Below the pieces are notes generated by a model that did no database searches, was not told the origin of the DNA, and worked only from the letters and a program-made list of their open reading frames with translations. A DNA stretch of 64,000 nucleotides, taken from NCBI GenBank assembly GCA_963717255.1, contig CAVQVT010000007.1:171466-235465 (forward strand), written 5' to 3'. Position 1 is the stretch's first letter. Every line of letters begins with the position of its first letter. The translations under genes were made by a program, and so were the position numbers. Source of the DNA: an uncultured Chloroflexia bacterium (GTDB lineage: Bacteria; Chloroflexota; Limnocylindria; Limnocylindrales; CSP1-4). Shown piece by piece: positions 12,667-22,239 of the stretch.

Positions 12667-14715
12667 ATGACCGTCGCGTCCCCGCGTCGTCCGCTCGCCC
12701 CCGTCCCCGATCCGTTGCCGCGGGAGCGGATCGACGCGGTGCTGTCCCGCGTCGAGAAGCCGGCCCGGTACACGGGCGGCGAGTGGAACAGCGTCGCGAA
12801 GGACTGGGCCGCGTGCGATCTGAGGTGGTGCTTCGCGTATCCCGACCTGTACGAGATCGGGATGAGCAACCTCGGGCTGAAGATCCTGTACGAGGTCCTC
12901 AACGATCGCGCGGGGGTGCTCGCGGAACGATGCTTCGCCCCCTGGGTGGACCTGCACGACGCGCTCCGCGCGGAGGGACTGCCGCTCTGGAGCCTGGAGA
13001 CACGCCGGCCGCTCGCGGCGTTCGACGTCCTGGGGTTCAGCCTGGGCTACGAGCTGGTCGCGACGAACCTCCTGTCGATGCTGCACCTGGGCGGAGTGGG
13101 GCTGGCCACCGCCGAGCGCGCGCCCGGCGAGCCCCTCGTCATCGCCGGCGGCACCACCACCCTCAATCCAGAGCCGCTGGCGGAGATCCTCGACGCGGTC
13201 GTGCTCGGCGAGGGCGAGGAGGCGGTCGTCGAGATCGGCGACGCACTCCGCGCGGTCGGCTGGACGCATCGGACCGTCGACGGGGACGGCGGCCTCCGCA
13301 GGGGTGCGACGCGCGCGGCGGCGCTCCGCGCGCTCGCGGCGATCCCGGGCGTCTACGTGCCTTCGCTCTACCGGCCTGGATACCACGAGGACGGGCGTAT
13401 CGACCGGATCGAGCGCCACGACCCATCCGTCCCGGCTCGCGTCACCCGACGGATCGTGGCGGACTTCGAGACGAACGTCCGCGGGATCCGCCAGGTCGTC
13501 CCGAACATCCCCGTGGTCTTCGACCGCGCGCAGGTCGAGGTCATGCGCGGGTGCACAAGAGGGTGCCGGTTCTGCCAGGCGGGGATGCAGTTCCGGCCGC
13601 TCCGGGAGCGGCCGGCCGCCGTCGCGATCGAGGCGGCGGACGCGATCCTCGCCGCGACCGGATACGAGGAGATCGGCCTCACGAGCCTCTCGACCGCCGA
13701 CTACACGCACGTCCGGGAGGTGGCCCTGGCGATCCGGGATGGCCACCCGGACGTCCACGTCTCGATCCCGAGCACCCGGGTGGACGCCTTCACCGTGGAC
13801 CTCACGGACGCGCTCGCCCCGACACGCCGCACCGGCTTCACGTTCGCGCCCGAAGCCGGCAGCCAGCGCATGCGCGACGTGATCAACAAGGGCGTGAGCG
13901 ACGACGAGATCGCGCGCTGCGCCGAGCTCGCGTTCAGCCGCGGCTGGAGCACGCTGAAGTTCTACTTCATGATCGGGCTGCCGGGCGAGACGATGGACGA
14001 CGTGCTGGGGATCGCGGCGATCTGCCGGCGCGTGCTCGCCATCGGCCGGCGCCACCACGGCGACCGGGCGCAGGTGAAGGCCAACGTCTCGACCTTCATC
14101 CCCAAGCCGCTCACGCCCTTCGTCTGGGACGGCCAGGACTCGATGCCCCGGATCGAGGAGAAGGTCGCGGCGCTCCAGAAGACGCTGCGCGGGAAGGGCC
14201 TCGACCTCAGCTGGCACGATGCCGAGAGCGCGATCCTGGAAGCCGCCTTCTCGCGTGGCGACAGGCGGCTCGGCGCCGTGGTCCGCCGCGCCTGGGAGTC
14301 GGGTGCGCGGTTCGACGCCTGGAACGACCACTTCCGCTTCGGCCTCTGGATGGCGGCGTTCGCGGCCGAAGGCCTGGACCCGGCCTGGTACGCCCAGCGC
14401 GCCATCCCCCTCGACGAGACGCTTCCGTGGGCGCACCTCGACGGCGGCGTGACGGATGCGTTCCTCCAGGGGGAGTGGCAGCGCTCCCGCGACGAGACGA
14501 CGATCCCGGACTGCCACTGGGACGTCTGCTACGACTGCGGCGTCCCGGAAGCGACGGGATTCGGCTGCCGGACGGGAGACCGGGGTCCGCGCGAGGCGCT
14601 CGTGACCCTCGAGCCGCTGAAGCCCGGGACGGACGACCCCCGTGTCCGCCGGCGCTGGGCCTACGTCGGCCCTCCGGGTGACCCGCGGCGGGAAGGCGCA
14701 CCCACCACGAGGTAG
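12667..14715 (+). CDS. B12-binding radical SAM protein, TIGR03960-type
   Basis: N-terminal KPARYTGGEWN, a B12-binding domain, a CTRGCRFC (CX3CX2C) cluster, and a long C-terminal domain. The start is re-called at ATG 12667 to avoid overlap with rodA. Confidence 0.8.
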   Translation: MTVASPRRPLAPVPDPLPRERIDAVLSRVEKPARYTGGEWNSVAKDWAACDLRWCFAYPDLYEIGMSNLGLKILYEVLNDRAGVLAERCFAPWVDLHDALRAEGLPLWSLETRRPLAAFDVLGFSLGYELVATNLLSMLHLGGVGLATAERAPGEPLVIAGGTTTLNPEPLAEILDAVVLGEGEEAVVEIGDALRAVGWTHRTVDGDGGLRRGATRAAALRALAAIPGVYVPSLYRPGYHEDGRIDRIERHDPSVPARVTRRIVADFETNVRGIRQVVPNIPVVFDRAQVEVMRGCTRGCRFCQAGMQFRPLRERPAAVAIEAADAILAATGYEEIGLTSLSTADYTHVREVALAIRDGHPDVHVSIPSTRVDAFTVDLTDALAPTRRTGFTFAPEAGSQRMRDVINKGVSDDEIARCAELAFSRGWSTLKFYFMIGLPGETMDDVLGIAAICRRVLAIGRRHHGDRAQVKANVSTFIPKPLTPFVWDGQDSMPRIEEKVAALQKTLRGKGLDLSWHDAESAILEAAFSRGDRRLGAVVRRAWESGARFDAWNDHFRFGLWMAAFAAEGLDPAWYAQRAIPLDETLPWAHLDGGVTDAFLQGEWQRSRDETTIPDCHWDVCYDCGVPEATGFGCRTGDRGPREALVTLEPLKPGTDDPRVRRRWAYVGPPGDPRREGAPTTR

Positions 14716-14755
14716 CCGGTGGCCGGTGGCCGCCGGGAGGTAGCATCGGGGCAGG

Positions 14756-16024
14756 ATGGATCACCCCCTCTTCGCAGCCCTCGCCGGCTCGCATCCTCCC
14801 GGCCCGACGCCCCAGGCCGCCGGCGCGGCCGAGACGACCGCCATCTTCCTCGCTCTCTTCGTCCTCCTCGTGGCCGCGAAGGTCGGCGAGGAGGTCTTCC
14901 GCCGCCTGCGCCAGCCGGGGATCGTCGGCGAGCTCGTCGGCGGGTTCGTCGTGGGGCCGTACGCGCTCGGCCTCGTGAGCTCCGCGTCGCTCGAGCCCGG
15001 CGGCGCGGTCGCGGTCTTCGCCGAGCTCGGCGCGGTGATCCTCCTCTTCTCCGTCGGCCTGGAGGTCCGCACCGACGACCTGCTGTCGGTGGGGAAACCG
15101 GCGCTCGCGACCGCGCTCATCGGGATGCTCCTCCCGGTGCTCGCCGGCGTGGGGGTGGGGCTGGCCCTGGACGTCGGCCTGGCGACCTCGGCGTTCTTCG
15201 GCCTCGCGCTCGCGGCGACGAGCATCGGGATCACGAGCCGCGCGCTCGCGGAGATGGGGGTGCTCGATCGCCGGTTCGCGCGGATCATCCTGGGCGCCGC
15301 GATCCTGGACGACATCCTCGCGCTCATCCTCATCGGGATCGTCAGCGGCGCCGTCCAGGGCGATCTCTCTGCGTCCACCGCCCTCGTCGCGCTCTCCGGG
15401 ATCGGCCTCGTCGTCCTCGGCTTCGTCGTCGCGCGCCGCGTGCGCGGCCTCTCGAAGACGGCCTTCACCTGGCCCCTCTTCGCGGACACCCCGCTCGTGG
15501 TCGCATTCCTCCTGATGCTCGCGCTCGCGATCGTCTCGTCCGTCGCGGGACTGGCGGCGATCATCGGGGCCTTCGTCGCCGGCCTCATCGTCGCGGAGAC
15601 CGAGGCGCAGCACGACGTCGAGCACGAGACGCGCACGCTCGTGACGATCTTCGTCCCGTTCTTCTTCGCCTACACGGGCGCGCAGGTCGACATCGTGGCG
15701 TTCCTCGACCCGACGGTCCTGGCGATCTCCCTGGCGCTCGGCCTCCTGGGGATCCTCACGAAGGCGCTCGGCGGGATCGTCGGCGCGTGGTCGGCGGGAC
15801 GCTGGACGTCGGTGGCCGTGGGGTTCGGGATGGTCCCTCGGGGCGAGGTGGGCATCGTCGTCGCCGGCCTGGGGGTCTCCCTGGGGATCCTCAGCGTGGA
15901 GGGCTTCAACGAGGTCCTCGCCGCGGTGGTCATCACCACGGTCGCCGCGCCCTTCCTCCTCCGGTTCGCCGTGCCGCGGGCGATCCGCGAAGGGGGGGGC
16001 GAGCCCGAGACGCGGGCGGCCTGA
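14756..16024 (+). CDS. cation:proton antiporter (CPA2 / Kef-type Na+/H+ exchanger family)
   Basis: 422 aa, about 12 TM helices, with the AAKVGEEVFRRLRQPGIVGELVGGFVVGP signature. Confidence 0.75.
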   Translation: MDHPLFAALAGSHPPGPTPQAAGAAETTAIFLALFVLLVAAKVGEEVFRRLRQPGIVGELVGGFVVGPYALGLVSSASLEPGGAVAVFAELGAVILLFSVGLEVRTDDLLSVGKPALATALIGMLLPVLAGVGVGLALDVGLATSAFFGLALAATSIGITSRALAEMGVLDRRFARIILGAAILDDILALILIGIVSGAVQGDLSASTALVALSGIGLVVLGFVVARRVRGLSKTAFTWPLFADTPLVVAFLLMLALAIVSSVAGLAAIIGAFVAGLIVAETEAQHDVEHETRTLVTIFVPFFFAYTGAQVDIVAFLDPTVLAISLALGLLGILTKALGGIVGAWSAGRWTSVAVGFGMVPRGEVGIVVAGLGVSLGILSVEGFNEVLAAVVITTVAAPFLLRFAVPRAIREGGGEPETRAA

Positions 16025-16028
16025 GAGG

Positions 16029-16088
16029 GCCCGGGTCCGGGCGCGGGCAGCGAGCATGGGCGGCCGACGGTGCGCGCCCGGACCGGGC
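16029..16088. terminator. bidirectional hairpin between two convergent transporter genes
   Basis: GCCCGGGTCCGGGCGCG ... CGCGCCCGGACCGGGC forms a stem of about 15 bp with one mismatch around a ~27-nt loop. It lies between the stop codons of the CPA2 and AI-2E genes. Confidence 0.5.
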
Positions 16089-17257
16089 TAGGGACCTTCG
16101 GTGGGCGGCGGCTCGGCCGGGCCACGCGCGACCGCACGCGCGAGGTCGCTCTCGTGGTCGGAGAGGCGCCGGAAGAAGTGCCGGTAGACGTCGCGCGCCG
16201 CGGCCGCGATCGGCACCGCGAGGATCGCCCCGAGCAGCCCGTAGACGGCCCCGCCGAGGACGATGACGAAGAGGATCGCTGCGGGGTGCAGCTCTACCGC
16301 GTCCCCCTGGATCTTCGGGACGAGGAACGTGTTCTCGAGCTGCTGGATCGCGAGGTAGAGGAGGAAGACGGCGACGAGCGCCAGCGGCGAGACGGTCGCG
16401 CCCAGGATGACCGCCGGGATCGCGCTGATGATCGGCCCGATGATCGGGAGCAGCTCGAAGAACCCCGCGATGACCGCGAGGATGATCGAGAAGCGCAGGA
16501 AGATGGGGTCGACGAAGACGCCCAGGAGGACGAGGCCCGCGAGGGTAGCGAGCCCCACGGTGGACCCGAGAACGAGCTGGCCCCGCACCCACCGCCCGAG
16601 GACGTGCGTGATGATCGCGGTCACCGCCCGCACGTCGCCCCGCCAGAGCTCCGGGATCCCCGCCTCGAGGCCGGCCGTCACGGACGGTCGGTCGCGAACG
16701 ACGTAGAAGACCCAGACCGGGACGATGAGGAACGCGACCACGGAGCCGACGAGCGAGAAGATCGACGTGAGGAACGGCATGACGACCGTCGGATCGATCC
16801 CGCCGAGCAGCTGATCGAGGTGCTCCAACGTGTCCTTGATGCTCGCGACGACGTCGGCGGGGACCCCCAGGCGCTCCAGGAGCGCGATGACCTGTGTACG
16901 GATCGCGTCCCAGAGCGTCGGCAGCTCATCGACCAGCTTCCGAACCTGCGCGATGAGGGGCGCCGCCGTGATCGCGACGAGGACGACCACGATCGCGATG
17001 ACCGCGACGTAGACGAGGAGGACCGCCCACGCGCGCCCGATCCTGCGACGGGCGAGCCACTCCACGGGTGGGTCGAGGAGGAAGACGAGGAAGATCCCGA
17101 GCACGAACGGGGCGAGGACCTCGCGGCCCGCGTACAGGATCGCCACCAGCGCGACGGCGGCGATGACGACGAGTGCGACGCGCGGCGTCGGCGCTCCCAG
17201 GCGCAGGTCGGGGGTCCGCGGGTCCTGAGCGGTCGTCAGGCTCTCGCTCTCGTCCAT
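16088..17257 (-). CDS. AI-2E family transporter (PerM/YhhT, UPF0118)
   Basis: 8-TM architecture with the conserved C-terminal LENTFLVPKIQGDAVELHP region. The start is re-called at ATG 17257 (MDESESL...), dropping a 75-aa Arg-rich extension. Confidence 0.75.
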   Translation of the reverse strand: MDESESLTTAQDPRTPDLRLGAPTPRVALVVIAAVALVAILYAGREVLAPFVLGIFLVFLLDPPVEWLARRRIGRAWAVLLVYVAVIAIVVVLVAITAAPLIAQVRKLVDELPTLWDAIRTQVIALLERLGVPADVVASIKDTLEHLDQLLGGIDPTVVMPFLTSIFSLVGSVVAFLIVPVWVFYVVRDRPSVTAGLEAGIPELWRGDVRAVTAIITHVLGRWVRGQLVLGSTVGLATLAGLVLLGVFVDPIFLRFSIILAVIAGFFELLPIIGPIISAIPAVILGATVSPLALVAVFLLYLAIQQLENTFLVPKIQGDAVELHPAAILFVIVLGGAVYGLLGAILAVPIAAAARDVYRHFFRRLSDHESDLARAVARGPAEPPPTEGP

Positions 17258-17283
17258 CGTCGGGCAGACTAGCAGGCGAGACC

Positions 17284-18009
17284 ATGCCCGACGTCGATCG
17301 TCCGCACGCCCCGGAGCCGCGCCAGCGCTGGCGGGTCTTCTTCCGCCGCGACGAGGATGCCCGCTTCCTCGCGCACCTCGATGCGATGAAGCTGTGGGAG
17401 CGTGCGCTTCGGCGCGCCGGGATCCCCGTCGCGCGGACGGAGGGGATGAGCCCCAGACCGCGGATCGTCTTCGCCTCGCCACTCCCGCTCGGGATGCTCG
17501 CCGAGCGGGAGATCGTGGACGTCGTCCTCTCCGAGCGACTCACGGTGGCCGACCTTCGCGCCCGCCTGGAGCGGGACCTGCCGCATGGGTTCGCGCTCGT
17601 CGATCTCCACGATGTCTGGCTCCATGCGCCGTCGGTGGCGTCCCAGCTGGTCGGGGCGGCGTACCGGATGGACCTCGCGGGGACGACCACGCTGCCGGTC
17701 CATGGGGACGAGGTCCGCGCCGGTGCCGCGTCGCTGCTCGCGGCGGAGCGGCTCGACCGCGAGCGGCGGAAGGAGAAGAAGACCGTCCGGTACGACCTCC
17801 GGCCGCTCATCGTCGCGATCGACGTCCTGGGGTGGGACGACGCGGGCGGCGGATCCGGCACGCTGCGGATCGACCTCCGTCACTCGCAGGAGGAGGGCAC
17901 CGGCCGGCCCGACGAGGTCGTGGCGGCGCTCGGCGAGTCCGTCAGTGGAGGGCTGTCTGTGGTGCGAGGGACGCGCGAGCGGCTCACGCTCGTTGACGGG
18001 GCCGACTGA
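17284..18009 (+). CDS. TIGR03936/DUF2344 radical-SAM-linked protein
   Basis: FLAHLDAMKLWERALRRAGIPVARTEGMSPRPRIVFASPLPLGM matches the DUF2344 family, which normally sits next to TIGR03960. Re-called at ATG 17284. Confidence 0.7.
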   Translation: MPDVDRPHAPEPRQRWRVFFRRDEDARFLAHLDAMKLWERALRRAGIPVARTEGMSPRPRIVFASPLPLGMLAEREIVDVVLSERLTVADLRARLERDLPHGFALVDLHDVWLHAPSVASQLVGAAYRMDLAGTTTLPVHGDEVRAGAASLLAAERLDRERRKEKKTVRYDLRPLIVAIDVLGWDDAGGGSGTLRIDLRHSQEEGTGRPDEVVAALGESVSGGLSVVRGTRERLTLVDGAD

Positions 18010-18114
18010 CGGGAGCGAGATCGGCCGGCAGGACCCACCCGGCCGTCTGCCGGGCACGATCGGGCTCCGCAGCGCCACGCGGACGATCGGCCAGGACCCG
18101 TGGCCGTGGTCGAC

Positions 18115-18143
18115 ACCTCGCCGCGGTTGACCCGGACGCCCGG
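18115..18143 (+). promoter_or_regulatory. candidate promoter for rplU-rpmA (TTGACC -35, 17-nt spacer, TACCAT -10)
   Basis: Sequence inspection only; about 100 nt upstream of rplU. Confidence 0.25.
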
Positions 18144-18188
18144 GTTCGATACCATCCTCATTCGCGCCCGGTTCGCCCGTGGCGTTGT

Positions 18189-18215
18189 CCCGATGACCCC
18201 GCGATCGTCATCGGG
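18189..18215 (+). ncRNA. perfect 9-bp stem-loop (CCCGATGAC-N9-GTCATCGGG) in the rplU 5' leader
   Basis: Seen directly, 27 nt upstream of the rplU ATG. Candidate L21-leader-type autoregulatory element, or the terminator of the upstream gene. Confidence 0.3.
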
Positions 18216-18241
18216 CGCCTTCGTCCCAGATCCGAGGACCC

Positions 18242-18859
18242 ATGTACGCAGTCATCGAGACCGGCGGGAAGCAGTACCGCGTCGAGGTCGGCACGGAGCT
18301 CGAGGTCGAGCTCCTGGATGCCGAGGTCGGCACGGAGATCTCTCTCGACCGCGTCCTCCTCGTCGCCGACGGGGACAAGGCCGCCATCGGCCGACCCACC
18401 GTGGAGAACGCGACAGTCCGGGCGGAGGTCGTCCGCCGTGACCGCGGCGAGAAGGTCATCAGCTTCAAGTACCGGCCCAAGGCCCGCCGTCGCGTGAAGA
18501 AGGGGCACCGCCAGGATCACCTCGTCCTGCGGATCGCCGACATCACGCTCGACGGCAAGAGCGCCGCCGCCGTTGCGACCGCGAAGAGCGACGCGAAGAA
18601 GGCCGAGCGCGCCAAGGTCGAGGAGGCCGCGGCACGGCAGGCCGCCGAGGACGCCGCTCTCGCAGCGAAGCTCGCCGAGAAGGCCAAGGCCGCAGAGGCC
18701 GCTGCTGCCGCCTCCGCAGAGGCCGCTGCTGCCCCGGCCGAGGCCGAGGCGCCGGCGAAGAAGACGCGGGCTGAGAAGAAGACCGCCGTCGAGGGCGCCG
18801 CCGGGGCGGAGACCGACGCCCCCGCCCCCAAGCGGACCCGCACGAAGAAGGACGCCTGA
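18242..18859 (+). CDS. rplU: 50S ribosomal protein L21 with ~100-aa Ala/Lys/Glu-rich C-terminal extension
   Basis: [17 protein letters not shown]...[26 protein letters not shown] is the L21 core. It is followed by an AKAEE low-complexity tail. Confidence 0.9.
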   Translation: MYAVIETGGKQYRVEVGTELEVELLDAEVGTEISLDRVLLVADGDKAAIGRPTVENATVRAEVVRRDRGEKVISFKYRPKARRRVKKGHRQDHLVLRIADITLDGKSAAAVATAKSDAKKAERAKVEEAAARQAAEDAALAAKLAEKAKAAEAAAAASAEAAAAPAEAEAPAKKTRAEKKTAVEGAAGAETDAPAPKRTRTKKDA

Positions 18860-18861
18860 CG

Positions 18862-19140
18862 ATGGCACACAAGAAAGCAGGCTCGAGCTCCAAGAACGGC
18901 CGCGACTCCGTCGGCCAGCGCCTCGGCATCAAGGCGCATGACGGCCAGCTCGTCCCGGCGGGCTCGATCATCGTCCGCCAGCGCGGGATGACGTTCGTCG
19001 CGGGCCCGGGCACCGGGCTCGGCCACGACTACACGGTGTTCGCCACCGTCACGGGCAATGTGAAGTTCGAGCACCAGACGGCGAAGAAGAAGCGTGTCCG
19101 GGTCGTCCCGGCCGCGGAGCATGTCGCGGCCAAGGCCTGA
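18862..19140 (+). CDS. rpmA: 50S ribosomal protein L27
   Basis: [24 protein letters not shown]...IIVRQRG is the L27 signature. Confidence 0.9.
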   Translation: MAHKKAGSSSKNGRDSVGQRLGIKAHDGQLVPAGSIIVRQRGMTFVAGPGTGLGHDYTVFATVTGNVKFEHQTAKKKRVRVVPAAEHVAAKA

Positions 19141-19142
19141 CG

Positions 19143-19182
19143 GGCGCCCCGCGCCTCGCGGGGACCGTGCGGCGCGCCGACC
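19143..19182 (+). ncRNA. nested GC hairpin between rpmA and rpmE (terminator/attenuator or L31 leader candidate)
   Basis: CCCCGCG-CCTC-CGCGGGG inner stem with flanking CGGGCGCC/GGCGCGCCG arms. Confidence 0.25.
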
Positions 19183-19192
19183 GGGAGATCCA

Positions 19193-19408
19193 GTGAAGTC
19201 CGATACGCACCCCAAGTACCATGCCGCGAACGTCACGTGCGCGACCTGCGGCTCCACGTTCACGGTGGGGTCCACCAGGCCCGACCTGCGCGTCGACGTC
19301 TGCGCGTCCTGCCACCCGTTCTTCACGGGCAAGCAGATGATCATCGACACCGCCGGCCAGGTGGAGCGCTTCACGAAGCGTCTCGAGCGCGCGGCCACCG
19401 GGCGCTGA
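19193..19408 (+). CDS. rpmE: 50S ribosomal protein L31 (zinc-ribbon type, CxxC...CxxC)
   Basis: Re-called at GTG 19193 with GGGAG SD. VKSDTHPKYHAANVTCATCGSTFTVGSTRPDLRVDVCASCHPFFTGKQ. Confidence 0.85.
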   Translation: MKSDTHPKYHAANVTCATCGSTFTVGSTRPDLRVDVCASCHPFFTGKQMIIDTAGQVERFTKRLERAATGR

Positions 19409-19455
19409 CCCGGGCTCGGCCGGTCCCCGACCCGCTCGCCGCGCACCCGCCGCCC

Positions 19456-20568
19456 ATGGCTCGCCTTCGCTACGGCGGTCAGGCCCTCGTCGAGGGCGTG
19501 ATGATGCGGGGCCGCGGCGCCATCGCCGTCGCGCTCCGCGCGCCCGACGGTCGCATCGTCTGCGAGACTGAGCCCCTCTCGGGCACCTTCCGCGCCACCC
19601 GCTGGGCCAAGCTGCCGTTCGTGCGGGGCCTCGTCGTCCTGTACGAGACGCTCGTCGTCGGGACTCGCTGGCTCATCCGGTCCGCCAACCTCGCCGCCTC
19701 CGAGGAGGGTGTGGAGCTCGGCAGCGGCGGCGTGGCGCTCATGCTCGCGATCACGCTCGCCATCGGGATCGGGATCTTCTTCTTCCTCCCGCTCTTCATC
19801 ACGCGCGCGGCGCTCCCGAACCAGGAGGGGATCCTCTTCCACGCGGCCGAGGGCGTCGTGCAGGTCGCGATCTTCCTCGGCTACCTGCTCCTCATCTCGC
19901 GACTCCCCGACGTCCGGCGGACGTTCCAGTACCACGGCGCCGAGCACATGTCGATCCACGCGCTCGAGAACGGCGACCCGCTCATCGTCGAGCGCGTCCG
20001 GCGCTACCCCACCGCCCACCCGCGCTGCGGCACCGAGTTCCTCGTCGTGGTCATCATCATCTCGATCATCGCGTTCTCGATCGTCGGCAAGCAGCCGATC
20101 CTCGTGACCGTCGTGAGCCGGATCATCCTCGTGCCCATCATCGCGGCGGTCGCCTACGAGGTCCTCCAGTTCGGCGCGCGCCACGAGGACAACAGGGTGG
20201 TCCGCGCGATCATCACGCCGGGGATCTGGGTCCAGAAGATCACGACGAAGCAGCCGACCGACGACATGATCGAGGTCGCCATCGTCAGCCTGGAGGAGGC
20301 CCTGAAGGCCGACGGCCAGGCGGTCCCGGACGGCTCGGCCGACCTCCCCCGCTCCTCCTACGCGGACGCGCTCGCGACGCAGGCGGTGGACGGCGCCGTG
20401 GGCGCCGACCCGACCCCGGGCGCCGATCCCGTCGTGCCCGACCCGGCCCCGGGTGACGACGCGGTCCCGGGCGTCGACCCGGTCGTGCCCGCCGCGGCGC
20501 CGGGCGGTGGCTCCGCCAGCGAGCCCGTCTCCTCCTCGCCCGCCGGGGAGATGGACCCGCCCCGATGA
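19456..20568 (+). CDS. DUF1385 membrane protein with Pro/Asp/Ala-rich C-terminal tail
   Basis: [19 protein letters not shown]...YHGAEHM is a DUF1385-type sequence at the conserved position between rpmE and prfA. Re-called at ATG 19456. ATGA overlap with prfA. Confidence 0.7.
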   Translation: MARLRYGGQALVEGVMMRGRGAIAVALRAPDGRIVCETEPLSGTFRATRWAKLPFVRGLVVLYETLVVGTRWLIRSANLAASEEGVELGSGGVALMLAITLAIGIGIFFFLPLFITRAALPNQEGILFHAAEGVVQVAIFLGYLLLISRLPDVRRTFQYHGAEHMSIHALENGDPLIVERVRRYPTAHPRCGTEFLVVVIIISIIAFSIVGKQPILVTVVSRIILVPIIAAVAYEVLQFGARHEDNRVVRAIITPGIWVQKITTKQPTDDMIEVAIVSLEEALKADGQAVPDGSADLPRSSYADALATQAVDGAVGADPTPGADPVVPDPAPGDDAVPGVDPVVPAAAPGGGSASEPVSSSPAGEMDPPR

Positions 20569-21656
20569 TCGACGCGAAGCTCGCCGGCATCGCGCGCCAG
20601 TACGACGACCTGCAGGCCGAGCTCGCCCGCCCGGAGGTCTCGTCCGACCCGGACTCGCTCCGGCGCCTCGGCCGGGAGCTCGCCCGCCTCCAGCCGGTCG
20701 TCGACAACTTCCGTCATCTCCAGGACGTCCGCTCGCAGCTCGAGGGCGCCCGCGAGCTCCGCGACATGGAGCCGGACGAGGAGCTGCGCTCGATGGCGAA
20801 GGAGGAGGTGGCCGCGCTCGAGACCGTCGAGACGCGCCTGCTCGAGGAGCTCAAGGTCCTTCTCCTTCCGCGAGACCCGAGCGACGACCGCGCCGTGATC
20901 ATGGAGATCCGCGCGGGGGCCGGTGGCGACGAGGCCGCGCTCTTCGCCGCGGAGCTCCTCCGCATGTACCTCCGGTACGCGGAGCGCCACCGCTGGCCCG
21001 CCGAGATCCTCTCGTCGAACGAGACGGGCATCGGGGGGACGAAGGAGGCCATCGTCCAGGTCGATGCCGACGGCGCGTACAGCCGCCTGAAGTTCGAGGG
21101 CGGCGTCCACCGGGTGCAGCGGATCCCCGTCACCGAGTCGGGGGGCCGGATCCACACGTCTACTGCCACGGTCGCCGTCCTGCCCGAGGCGGACGAGGTG
21201 GACGTGCAGATCGACGAGAAGGACCTCCGGATCGACGTCTACCGCTCCACCGGGCCGGGCGGCCAGTCGGTGAACACCACCGACTCCGCCGTCCGCATCA
21301 CGCACCTCCCCAGCGGGCTCGTCGTCGCGATCCAGGACGAGAAGAGCCAGCACAAGAACAAGGCGAAGGCGATGTCGGTCCTCCGCTCGCGCCTGCTCGA
21401 TCTCGAGCTCGAACGGCAGCGCGTGGCGGGCTCGGCGATGCGCAAGAGCATGGTCGGCGCGGGGGACCGCTCGGAGAAGATCCGCACGTACAACTTCGCG
21501 CAGGATCGCGTGACCGACCACCGGATCGGCATGGATCTCCACAACCTGCCCGGCGTCCTCGACGGCGACCTGGACCGCCTCATCGATGCCCTCATCATGG
21601 CCGACCAGGCCGAGCGCCTGCAGGCCCTCGTGGAGGAGGACGCTCCCAGGTCCTGA
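20565..21656 (+). CDS. prfA: peptide chain release factor 1
   Basis: 363 aa with the PVT tripeptide (RF1-type) and the GGQ motif ([13 protein letters not shown]). Confidence 0.9.
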   Translation: MIDAKLAGIARQYDDLQAELARPEVSSDPDSLRRLGRELARLQPVVDNFRHLQDVRSQLEGARELRDMEPDEELRSMAKEEVAALETVETRLLEELKVLLLPRDPSDDRAVIMEIRAGAGGDEAALFAAELLRMYLRYAERHRWPAEILSSNETGIGGTKEAIVQVDADGAYSRLKFEGGVHRVQRIPVTESGGRIHTSTATVAVLPEADEVDVQIDEKDLRIDVYRSTGPGGQSVNTTDSAVRITHLPSGLVVAIQDEKSQHKNKAKAMSVLRSRLLDLELERQRVAGSAMRKSMVGAGDRSEKIRTYNFAQDRVTDHRIGMDLHNLPGVLDGDLDRLIDALIMADQAERLQALVEEDAPRS

Positions 21657-21697
21657 CGGCGCTGTGACCGGCCGGACACCTGATGCGGCGCCGGCTC

Positions 21698-22210
21698 TCA
21701 GGGGGTCTGCGGGCGCCAGGCGCGGTTCACCGCCACGAGGAGGAGTACCGCGTCCATGAACAGGACGAGGACGATCGCCGCGAAGTACAGCGCCGACTCG
21801 AGATCCGGGAGGACGCCGAGGAGGATGAGGCCGAGCGCGATCACCGCCGGGAGCCAGAACGGCACGCCGATGAGCTCCATCCGGACCCGCGATCTCCTCG
21901 GCATGGAGGCGAGGACGGCCCTCCGCTCCGGGGAGATCCGCATGACCGCCTCGTCCCCGATGAAGAACCCCACGAGGGCGATGACGGCGCAGGCCACCCA
22001 GAGTGCGTGGCCGGTCACGTCGAAGCGGCTGATGACGACCGGGGCGAGCGAGTAGACGACGACCTGGATCGCGACCCACACGACCATCCCGATGTACGCG
22101 ACGTCGTACACGTCACTCGAGCCGCCGCTGCGGATGGCGATGAGCGCTCCGAAGCCCACGAAGACGCCGGCGATCTCCGCCAGCGACAGGAAGAGCTCGG
22201 TGTCCTGCAT
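21698..22210 (-). CDS. hypothetical polytopic membrane protein (~170 aa, 4-5 TM)
   Basis: Re-called at ATG 22210 (MQDTELFLSLAEIAGVFVGFGALIAI) with AGGAG SD. The 100-aa Arg-rich N-terminus of the track ORF is rejected. Confidence 0.45.
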   Translation of the reverse strand: MQDTELFLSLAEIAGVFVGFGALIAIRSGGSSDVYDVAYIGMVVWVAIQVVVYSLAPVVISRFDVTGHALWVACAVIALVGFFIGDEAVMRISPERRAVLASMPRRSRVRMELIGVPFWLPAVIALGLILLGVLPDLESALYFAAIVLVLFMDAVLLLVAVNRAWRPQTP

Positions 22211-22239
22211 CTCCTGGCTCCTTGCACGCGCCTTGACCG

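Noticed and set aside
18128-18150. tRNA-like T-loop GGGTTCGATACC
   Set aside because: No complementary T-stem, acceptor stem or anticodon arm could be folded around it. It overlaps the proposed rplU promoter instead.
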